NCBI GenBank assembly: GCA_051294375.1
Contig: CM119265.1
Coordinates: forward strand, 17,714,403-17,778,402
DNA from: Paraspadella gotoi
Taxonomy: Eukaryota; Animalia; Chaetognatha
Direction of reading: 5' to 3'
Length of the DNA stretch: 64,000 nucleotides
The notes below the pieces were generated by a model. It saw nothing but the letters and a program-made list of their open reading frames with translations, had not been told where the DNA came from and made no database searches. A program made the position numbers and the translations under genes. Positions 31,397-40,425 of this stretch are shown in pieces; position 1 is the stretch's first letter; every line of letters begins with the position of its first letter.

Positions 31397-32394
31397 GTGT
31401 ATTAGTGACAGAACCATCCAATATAAGCTGTCCCTGAGCTTCGGACCAAGCTGTAACACCGTGTTACAGGCGGGTTAAGTACCCCGTCCCTCTTAACTGC
31501 TAGGCGACCACCGGGCTATAACCCCGGACCTTTGGGTTGGGAGGCCAATGACTTGCGTCCTGCACCAATCAGGGTTGGCATTAAAAAACCCGCCCAAAAC
31601 GCAAAAAAAAAAAAAAAACTCAGCTAAAAAAAACACAAAAAACCCACTGTTTTTTTTTAAATTACTTGTTTTTTTTTAATGTGAAACATGAAATTGTTTA
31701 AGTAAAAATTTAAATAATATAAGAATTTTAATTTTTATAAAGCTTAATAGATATTTTAATGATAAAAAACAACCCTAAACCTATGTTTTTCACATTTTTA
31801 ATATCAGTATAATTTTCGTGCTGGCTTCTTTTTGTGAAATCTATTTTTTCGGTGTTTTGTATTGAGAAAAAGTTTGAATAGGAATCAACAAATATTTATT
31901 TTAAGGTAGTGTACATCTTTGCTGTGCTGGCTTCTGTATCATTTTCCTTTTATTAAGTAATCGTGAATTGCAAATTAAGTTAAGAGCTACACATTATTTA
32001 ACACAACACAACGACGACGCCACTTATGTGCAAAACCACCGCAAAAAAATGATGAATATTTATATCAAATTATTTGTTTTTACACTTTTTTCATGTGTTT
32101 AATTCAGAAAATATAATATTTATATTTATTACATTTCTGTTGAACATAAAAAAATTCATTAATTAATACTATTATTAAATACATTTTTATATAATTTTAT
32201 CAGTAATCACTTCAGAATTTAAATTTATATCTTAAAAACAATTAATATTACAGTCTGCTATCTACAATTTAAAAAAAAACAAAAAACCTAATAAAACGCA
32301 GTGGGCTTGGTTTTTTTTTAAAAAACCCAGGTTTTTGCCAACCCAGGCATCAATGGCCGCTGATGAACGGTTGGTGGATTTTAGTCTACCATAA
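31397..32394 (-). mobile_element. tRNA-derived SINE, copy 2 (31397-31569 + 32347-32394), interrupted by a MITE
   Basis: The two halves join to give the reverse complement of 19107-19317. Confidence 0.8.
31570..32346. mobile_element. hAT-superfamily non-autonomous element (MITE)
   Basis: TIRs cagggttggca / tgccaacccag (1 mismatch). 8-bp target-site duplication gcaccaat / gcatcaat; the empty site is visible in SINE copy 1. Confidence 0.85.
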
Positions 32395-32399
32395 ATGCA

Positions 32400-33928
32400 T
32401 CAGTTTCGAAAATTCTTGTCCTTTGGATTAGGAGCGAAAGGATTTTCTCCCTTATAAAATTTTTTTAGCAACGAGATGGCTTCTTCACTTCTAATCCCAG
32501 ATACTACCTAAAAAAAAGGGGCCAAACATAAATATATTGGCGAGTCAGTTAAATAAAAATATGTGTAAATTGCTTTATATACTTGAAGTGGGTATGAAAA
32601 TTTATCCAGCTGCACGTCACTAGCATTTAACACAGAACCACAGCCCCCAAAACGAAAATTAGGACATCCGAAAACCACTTTCGCGACTCCTATGGAAAGA
32701 AATGTAAAAAAATTAAAGTACACATAGGCAAAATAATTATTCCAACATATGGAGTTCTTACAAGTCAAACGTGAATAATTTATTAGAGCAACGAAAAAAT
32801 ATTTGTAAGCGCATTTTCAGGTTTTACAGAATTCAACACCCCGTGTTCGTTTGCAAGTGACACCAAAAAAATCTTTACTACACTTTTAATATCTAATAAA
32901 GATATTCCATAAGTACATTATTAATTAAAGAACAACTGGAGGTTTTCAATGTATATGTTTCATTTAATGTTTTATTTACTATTCTAAACATGTTTTCGAT
33001 TACAGAAAAAAAGCATTTTATATAAAAAACACCCCCTAACAATGGTCTCGTCAATGGCATATCTGAATTCTCGTAACGTTTGGTAATTTATGAGAAATTT
33101 ACTTAATGTGAAACGGGATGATGGTTAAAAAAAAGTTTCTTTACATAAGTATTAAATTAATTTTATGAAATTCGGATAAAATAAAGGCTAAATTTTACTT
33201 TCGCCGACCGGGGTTTTGGCGTCTTTTGAAAAACTACTTAAAAATATATTTTTTAAAAAAACAAACAAATTATTAGCTAATAACTCTAACCCTAAACCCT
33301 TTTAACCCTAACCACCCCTCACCCTAAACCACCATTAACCCTAACCCCTAACACTTAAAACCCGGTAGGCGAAAGTAAAAGTAACCCAGCAATTTTTTGG
33401 TGTCACTCACGAATGGAATGGTATATAGCTTGGTAGCTAAATTGGGTAACTTTTCTAATTTAGGTAGGTTATAAGATGCTAAGAAATTGAAGAATAGCTC
33501 CGCGCAAAAACCTCACCAGTAAGTCTTAAGAGCGAGGCACACATAATGCACGGTTCCACAGTAACATACAATGTGCATTGTGAAAATAAATCCTTATAAT
33601 TCCAGCCTTTGGCCTCACAGAACACAATAGCTTCATCGACTGCTAGCATTTCCGCATGGCGAGTTGCGTTTTTAGTTCGATTGACATCATTATTTCCGTA
33701 ACCGATCACCTCTTCATCGTTTTTAACCAGGAGGCATCCGACTGGAACTTCTCGATTCGTGAGAGCCAGTTCAGCATGTTCAAATGCTTTTTCCATCCAT
33801 CGCAAATGGATTGACGCCACTTTCTCCTTATATATATATATAAATATATATATATTTAAAAAAACGTAAGAAAACGAAATTGTTTACGGACGTATATAGT
33901 TAGCACTACATAACCTATTACATACCAT
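32400..33928 (-). CDS. ADAT2: tRNA-specific adenosine deaminase 2, 175 aa (exons 33928-33926, 33826-33517, 32689-32583, 32507-32400)
   Basis: EVPVGC, NATRHAEM, LYVTVEPCIMCA, VVFGCPNFRFGGCGSV, LLKKFYKGENPFAP. First coding exon is the ATG alone (ATG|gtatgt). Total 528 nt in frame. Confidence 0.95.
33186..33387. mobile_element. MITE with telomere-like (CCCTAA) repeats, copy 2, in an ADAT2 intron
   Basis: Same TIRs as 29971-30175; multiple accctaa units. Confidence 0.78.
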
Positions 33929-34660
33929 TTCTGCTCCCGATTCATTGTTAACCGCAACGAGTTCTTTGGCCGTGTTTGAGATATTCATTCTTCTTCATCC
34001 ACACGATGTTTTAGCCAAGGAACTAAATTAAGCGAGGACAGCGAGAAAAACTGTGGAAAAATTAAGTAGTCTATAACAAACCAACTGTAACAGTACAATC
34101 AAAATAACTCTTGGACGCGGGTCGTCTCGAACGCATCGGTCCGGGGGCTGACATTTTTAATTTTTCAGCTTCCGTTTGTCTGGGACAAAAGAACACTTTG
34201 GAAATATCTTAACATATCTTTACACTCAAAATATGACTGGTGGCGACCTCGTGTTTTCGAAAAGGAGAAGCTTTGAGAAAAAAAGAAACATCGAGAAATA
34301 ATGGATTTTGAATTTGAAAAACCTCGAGGTTAAAGATGGCGCGTCAGAGAAAGCAGGAAATGATTCGACGAGTAAGTAAAAGAACAACGAGGGTAAGGAT
34401 TGCGTGCCTAGCAACGAGTTTTAGAAAAGAAGCCGACCGAGGAATTCGTGACAAGACCTTCATCAGGATGCGCGGGTTAGTGCCTAGTAATGTTAAAATG
34501 TTAATTTAAATTTTACTTTTGAGAGATTGACTTTGAAATCAACTTTAAAATTGTGACGGAGATTTTATTTTCCCAGGATGACTTTGAAAAACTGTTCATC
34601 CGATCGAGCGCTTCAAACAATTACGTAACGGCTTCATGGGTGAATTTTTACGGCCTTGCT

Positions 34661-37600
34661 ATGGGCATTGACGTTCTCCCCGTTGTGAGCGAAGGAGACG
34701 AGCTCGTTTCCTTAGCGGATGTTCTTCAAACGAGGGACAAATGCTTCACCGAAGACGAATTGTGGGCGCTGTGCCTGGAAACTTGCAAGGCGTTGCAGGG
34801 GCTTCACTCTTCGTCCGAAGCATTTCAACTACTATTCGTCACCCCGGATTCCGTCGCTTTCGATTGCACCGGCCGGGTATGTTTTCTCGAGAATGTTCCC
34901 GACGAACCCGAGTTTCTCTATGTAGCTCCAGAGTATGACGCCGTGGGTCATAGCTTCAAGAGCCACCTCTACTCTTTGGGCGTGTCAATGTGGTTCGCAG
35001 CCGAATACGGAACGGCCGCTTCATCTAAGAACGCCGTTTCGGAAGATCTCAACTCCATGATCGCCGACATGACGAAGGACCGATACGAAGAAAGACCGGA
35101 GTTAACTAAAGTTGCTAAAAAATGCAAACAAACGATGCGAGGAAAGGATTCTCGGGAGATATGTCGAATGCACGCAATTTTGGCGGGGAGAATGAGCCGG
35201 GCCTCGTCGTCAGTTGGAAAGGTGTTACCGTTACAAAACTTTGACGGAAAGAGCGCCGCGGGCTCAGTTAATTTACCAAATATCAATAAAAACGATAGAA
35301 ATGAAGCCGTCATCAAAGGAGTCGAAACTGAGATACCTGAAACCATTGACGGTGACCAAAATATCAACGAGAATGTTCTGTCAAATAGTACTAAAGAATT
35401 TCTTGTAACGTTGGAGGATATTATGTGCGCGACTTTTTCGTCTTCTACATGTTTTTCAATACAATTCGAAGAGATTGTTTCAATTTGCAAAGAATCTGTC
35501 TTATCATTAATGCGAGAAACGTCCAAAAAGAAATCATTTACAATTAATAATATAAATTCTCGTGGGATTCTGTTTGATTCTGATGGTATAATCAACTTAG
35601 CACAGGTTTCGAAATCAAATAAGGAAGTAACAGTACAACAACTTACTGTTGAGCTCTGCCAAGTTATTTTACCATTGCTTCAACACTTAAAAGACAATTA
35701 TAAAATTGATGACGAAAACAAAGACCTCAATAAGATTTTTAAAGCTTTTTTGTCGCCAGTTTCTGATGAAACGCCCGTGAAACAACACGACCAAAAATTG
35801 ACAGACCTCCTCAGAGTATGTAATGAACTAGTATATAAAAGGGGATTTAATTCCAGTTTTTCTTGCCAACAACTTTTTAAAAAGTACTGCGATATTATTT
35901 CTAAAGAAAGACTCACTTCCTTTTTAAATGAAAAAGTTACAAAAACGGAAGAAACTGCCAGTAATTTTGATGAAGATAGATTTTCTCCCTCTCAAAAGAT
36001 TTTGCAATCCTCCTTTAGTTCAACTTCGTCCACAAAGTCATTTTTACAAAATGAAATTTCAAATAAGACCCCGCCTCTCCTAATAAATCAACATAATGAA
36101 GGAGCTTTTTCTAATGAAGCATTAACTTTGCTTAGTGGTTCGGACAGTGCCTTTAAGCCAATTTCTAAAGTACCAAATATAAAAACTAATGTAGCATCCG
36201 CTAGTAATGATATGTCACCTGAAAATGTTATGAATGATTCTAACTCATTAAGTTATCCATCTGCATATAACAGCTCCGCGACTCATTTTAAACCCATTAT
36301 TATTAAACCAGACAAAGTTGTCCCTAAATCTATTCAAGAAAAGAACTCTGGAAATCATCCAAACATAAAAGATGAGAAGATTAATTTTAATCTGCTCGAG
36401 TTAAAAAGGAATATTTTGAAAAAGCAATCTACACGATCTACTTGGTTTGATGCTGTTGAAAAAGACGCCGAAGAAAATTGTTCAAGCGAAATATCAGTTA
36501 AAAAAGAAATCTTACAGCAAAAAATCCAATCCAGCAACATTTCCCAGAGCTTAAAATTCGTTGGTTCCAAAGCGTTACGCATAGAAAAAACTCCTCCTAA
36601 TATGAGTAATGCGGCCGAAATGGATCCTTCGTCTTTAACTTACCGTTTGGAATTTGATGAAGCTTCAGGGGAGTATTTACTAAAACCTATCTTTATAGCT
36701 TCCCACTCCAAAAAACTTAGGCTTAAACGACCGGGAAACAAGGGGGAGAGTTTTACAACAGTTTCGGAAGAAACTATGTCAAATGACGCCGCATTAAAAA
36801 AGACTGATGATGAACGGCAGAATACTCAAAAAAAAGCAGCAGCTTGTTCTCCCCCCCAAGCCTCCAATCAATTGGCTTCGCCTTGTTTATCCAAAGACAG
36901 TGGTATTGCGAGTGTTACCCAACATCAAAAACTTATAAATGATAAAGTTGCTGAGGCTGCGAAAATTACAATCATGGAACGGTTTTTTAACAGCCAACAA
37001 GACACAAAAATAAACAATGATGATGAAAAAGAAAGCATTGCAGAACAAAAATCTGTAATTGATTCAGCGTCTATATCAGAACTTCCCCAGTTACCACGTA
37101 TACTTCATTGCATCCGGAAAGAATTCGGAATAGGAAAGCTAGAAAACGGAATTGAGGAGCTTTCGATGACTGAATACATTTGTAGTCTTCGTAAGTTAAA
37201 ACCATTGACATTTAATTCTGCAATTTGTGAAAAATTTTGTCAATTTGATTGGAGCGAAAAAACTTTGATGAAACTGCATGAGATTGTAAATTTTGACTCT
37301 GGTTCTGATGTAGATAAAGGGAGTGAACGAAAACTGGAAAGTTTTAAACATGACCAGGCTAGTAAAATAACTCACAGGAAAGACGAGTGTGATTCTGAAT
37401 ATGATTTTAGCTTAGGAGAGATTAAATTGGAAGAGAAGTCACCGATGCACCAAATGCTTCCACAAACATTTTGTTTAGATTTATTAAGAGGTGAAACAGA
37501 AGACCCTACTTCAAAAAATGATATAGATAAATATCATCCTTGTTTTAACATTACATCAACGAAAGAAACAAACGAAAGAAGTTTTAAAACGAAAACAATT

Positions 37601-40078
37601 GCTTCTAGTCCTTCCAGTAAGGGATCTTTAAAAACAAGAAGGGGAATTCCTGAGTTCATTCAGACTGAAGATCGAGTCAAGATTTCGCCTCGTTTAAAAG
37701 AATATAGAAATGATGAACGACCCACATCTTTGAAAACTTTTTATGACGTTCCCAAATTAGCACTGAAGCATTCTAGTACTTCTGTTGAAATCTCCCGTCC
37801 AGCATCTCGTGCCTCATCTATGTTTTCACATAGTGGGGCAATTTCCAATAGATCCTCAGTGCTATTTTCTAGGCCAACATCAGGATTGACTCAATCATCT
37901 TCCTCAAGTTTAAAAAATTCGTCTCTCTCTTTAAATGAGGTTCCTTCAATGATTCCACCATCAGCTCGGGGTTCTTTAAAATCCTTTATGCTTGCATCGA
38001 AATTAAACAAAAAAGGCAGAGGATCAACTATTTTTCTTCCTGCTGATAGCGAGTATTTTCATTCATTTATGAAGCAGCAAAAAAATGAGATCGGTTCTTT
38101 GAGTTGTTCAGTTGCTATAGAAGCTTCTATTGGGGAAACGCAAAAACATTTAGTTGAGGAGAAACAGTCCGTTAAAACTCTACAAGGACAACTACTTGTA
38201 TTGGAAAACAGTGAAATATCAAGGCTAAATATTCCAAAAGATACTAAATATTTACAAAGTCGTGTTAAACAGCAGATCAGTAGTCACTACCATCGTATTC
38301 TAAATTTACAAGATATAATTTCGGGTTATTTTTTGCTTCATATTGAATCGTCTGGTTTACACCATTCTCTATTGACCTCATTCATTGACATGACGCCTTC
38401 AAAACCATTTCACCTCATACCTCAAAAGGAAAACTTTCAGTTAGATTTGAGGTTTGATTTTAATCAATGTCTGGATATTGTTATGGCTGGAACACCTCGT
38501 GCCTTAATTTCCTTTCTCTATTCTAATGGGTGCCTTTGCAACAGCTTTGTTCATCATTTCTTCTTTACTTATCGATACATTCTGAGCCCAATACAGTTGT
38601 ATAATGCCTTGCTTGATTACTTTATGTCATCGCTTTCCCCATTATCTGGGTCTGAATATTTGGCTGTTAATGTAGTTAACCGCTCTTTGGATCTACTTCA
38701 AATATGGATTGATTGTTTCTTTAATATCGACTTTGAGGATAATCCTAGACTGATTGACGCAGTTTCCAAGCTGGTCAAGGACCAAATGGCCCCCTTGTCA
38801 GCAGATTCTGCTGATCAAATTCTTCGATCAATTGAGGAATTCCGATATGGTCGGAAAAAGATGGAGATTAAACTTTCACACTTCCTTTTTTTAAATGATA
38901 ATCTCTGTATAAATTCTCCCCCTTTCATGAAGATGGATTCATTAGATACCAATGGCGATAAGTGGGCATTGTTGGTTCCACCAACCACCATTGCTGATGA
39001 ATCTCGCTCGAGAATTCAAAACGTTACTTCTGGATTAACATCTTGCCTCAACAGCAAAAAGCAAGTTGATAATTGTGAAGTGTATGTCGGGGCATCACTA
39101 GTAAATTTTGAAGATGGATTCACTATAGGTGATTATTCTGTTCACACATTATCTGCTGCTTTGAGTCTCTTGCAATGGGAATGTTTTATACAAACTCACC
39201 CAATTGACTTTCTTGATACGCGATCAATCGGTGTGGTGCTCTCTCAATCATCCACCAATAAGTCCGTTAAATCAATGCCAGTTCAACGAAGCCTTCAATT
39301 AATTTTAACTGAACCTACAGGAACGGTTACAGAAGATATGTTACCTTCTTCACTTTTTGTGTCTCCCCGCAATGCTCGATCAAGGAAAATAGTTTCATTA
39401 GTTCGTCATTCACAAATGGTCTCTCATTGGGCAGCATCTGAACTGCTGACTTCGCCATCCTTCAAGGTTCAATTAGCAAAGCTAACAAAATTTATTTCCG
39501 TTGCCAAACACACCCTCGAAAACGGAGATTTAGCAACGTGCTCAGCCATAGCTGAAGCCTTGGAGTGCTTGGTTGTGAAGCAACTACCAGCTTGGCGATC
39601 TCTTCCATCTCGAACTGTCCACTATTGGGAGTTGGTTGCGACAGCCCGAAAAACTTTTCAAGAAACCCCATTTTTCAGTAAAGAAGAGAAATACAAAGAT
39701 ACTGTCCTTCCTCCAATATGTCATATTGTTTCCCATGTTCAAGAGATCGAAGCCAAAGGATTCATTATTGTTGCAACCCCCGCCAATGCTAATCCGTGCG
39801 TGGACAGAAAGTTTTCTTGGACAGAATTCAATGTTTTGGCTGAGATAATCGATCAAATACGCGTTTGCCGACGAACGGAATTTTCCCCACCAACCATTGA
39901 GGATGAATTGATCGACACATTAAAGCATAGAATAATAAGAATGGCGGAAGAAGATATAATTTCCCTTGCCTCTAAAAATCAAGTAAACTTTGCCTTAAAA
40001 ACAGCAACGGAGGGAAAGAAGATTCAGTCGGCTTTGAAAAATGTCAAGGAGATTTTCAAAGCTGTTGGAAAAGATTGA
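34661..40078 (+). CDS. KNDC1: KIND-domain RasGEF (very-KIND / KNDC1), about 1805 aa, single coding exon
   Basis: KIND1 (VSLADVL..FTEDELWALCLE), degenerate KIND2 (VTLEDIM), RasGEF-N (AGTPRALISFL..FFFTYRYILSP) and a CDC25-type C-terminus (VSHWAASELL..KFISVAK). First in-frame ATG after the acceptor at 34576 is 34661; the track's GTG start lies in the intron. Confidence 0.9.
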   Translation: MGIDVLPVVSEGDELVSLADVLQTRDKCFTEDELWALCLETCKALQGLHSSSEAFQLLFVTPDSVAFDCTGRVCFLENVPDEPEFLYVAPEYDAVGHSFKSHLYSLGVSMWFAAEYGTAASSKNAVSEDLNSMIADMTKDRYEERPELTKVAKKCKQTMRGKDSREICRMHAILAGRMSRASSSVGKVLPLQNFDGKSAAGSVNLPNINKNDRNEAVIKGVETEIPETIDGDQNINENVLSNSTKEFLVTLEDIMCATFSSSTCFSIQFEEIVSICKESVLSLMRETSKKKSFTINNINSRGILFDSDGIINLAQVSKSNKEVTVQQLTVELCQVILPLLQHLKDNYKIDDENKDLNKIFKAFLSPVSDETPVKQHDQKLTDLLRVCNELVYKRGFNSSFSCQQLFKKYCDIISKERLTSFLNEKVTKTEETASNFDEDRFSPSQKILQSSFSSTSSTKSFLQNEISNKTPPLLINQHNEGAFSNEALTLLSGSDSAFKPISKVPNIKTNVASASNDMSPENVMNDSNSLSYPSAYNSSATHFKPIIIKPDKVVPKSIQEKNSGNHPNIKDEKINFNLLELKRNILKKQSTRSTWFDAVEKDAEENCSSEISVKKEILQQKIQSSNISQSLKFVGSKALRIEKTPPNMSNAAEMDPSSLTYRLEFDEASGEYLLKPIFIASHSKKLRLKRPGNKGESFTTVSEETMSNDAALKKTDDERQNTQKKAAACSPPQASNQLASPCLSKDSGIASVTQHQKLINDKVAEAAKITIMERFFNSQQDTKINNDDEKESIAEQKSVIDSASISELPQLPRILHCIRKEFGIGKLENGIEELSMTEYICSLRKLKPLTFNSAICEKFCQFDWSEKTLMKLHEIVNFDSGSDVDKGSERKLESFKHDQASKITHRKDECDSEYDFSLGEIKLEEKSPMHQMLPQTFCLDLLRGETEDPTSKNDIDKYHPCFNITSTKETNERSFKTKTIASSPSSKGSLKTRRGIPEFIQTEDRVKISPRLKEYRNDERPTSLKTFYDVPKLALKHSSTSVEISRPASRASSMFSHSGAISNRSSVLFSRPTSGLTQSSSSSLKNSSLSLNEVPSMIPPSARGSLKSFMLASKLNKKGRGSTIFLPADSEYFHSFMKQQKNEIGSLSCSVAIEASIGETQKHLVEEKQSVKTLQGQLLVLENSEISRLNIPKDTKYLQSRVKQQISSHYHRILNLQDIISGYFLLHIESSGLHHSLLTSFIDMTPSKPFHLIPQKENFQLDLRFDFNQCLDIVMAGTPRALISFLYSNGCLCNSFVHHFFFTYRYILSPIQLYNALLDYFMSSLSPLSGSEYLAVNVVNRSLDLLQIWIDCFFNIDFEDNPRLIDAVSKLVKDQMAPLSADSADQILRSIEEFRYGRKKMEIKLSHFLFLNDNLCINSPPFMKMDSLDTNGDKWALLVPPTTIADESRSRIQNVTSGLTSCLNSKKQVDNCEVYVGASLVNFEDGFTIGDYSVHTLSAALSLLQWECFIQTHPIDFLDTRSIGVVLSQSSTNKSVKSMPVQRSLQLILTEPTGTVTEDMLPSSLFVSPRNARSRKIVSLVRHSQMVSHWAASELLTSPSFKVQLAKLTKFISVAKHTLENGDLATCSAIAEALECLVVKQLPAWRSLPSRTVHYWELVATARKTFQETPFFSKEEKYKDTVLPPICHIVSHVQEIEAKGFIIVATPANANPCVDRKFSWTEFNVLAEIIDQIRVCRRTEFSPPTIEDELIDTLKHRIIRMAEEDIISLASKNQVNFALKTATEGKKIQSALKNVKEIFKAVGKD

Positions 40079-40425
40079 CAATCAATCTTGCTTGAACAAA
40101 ACCGTGTACTGTGATGTCATTTATTGCCTTATCTTTAGACGCTTGTTAACTATTATCATTACTTCATTAAAAGTATTAACAATCAGTATTTATTTTAAAC
40201 AATAAACATTTATATTTACTATGAAATGCAACCAATATCTTTACAAAGATTAAATGCTACTGTAGTTATCCTAAAATTGTAATGATCCATATGTTTGAAT
40301 TTTTATTGTTTCTTTTATTTGCATGCCAATTTTTCTCACCCGAGTATGATTTCACTTATCCAATTTAAGGTAATATGTGATATTAGCAACAACTTTAAGA
40401 AACTTGGACGAGGACCTTATTAAAA

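Noticed and set aside
32355-32370. CTGATGA motifs in the SINE leader (also 19135-19141) and at about 34460 as further hammerheads
   Set aside because: No stem II closed by GAAA and no cleavage triplet at the right spacing.
34337-34476. Upstream ORF MARQRKQ... as the first coding exon of KNDC1
   Set aside because: Its donor is phase 2 while the acceptor at 34576 enters the long ORF in phase 0; at most a uORF.
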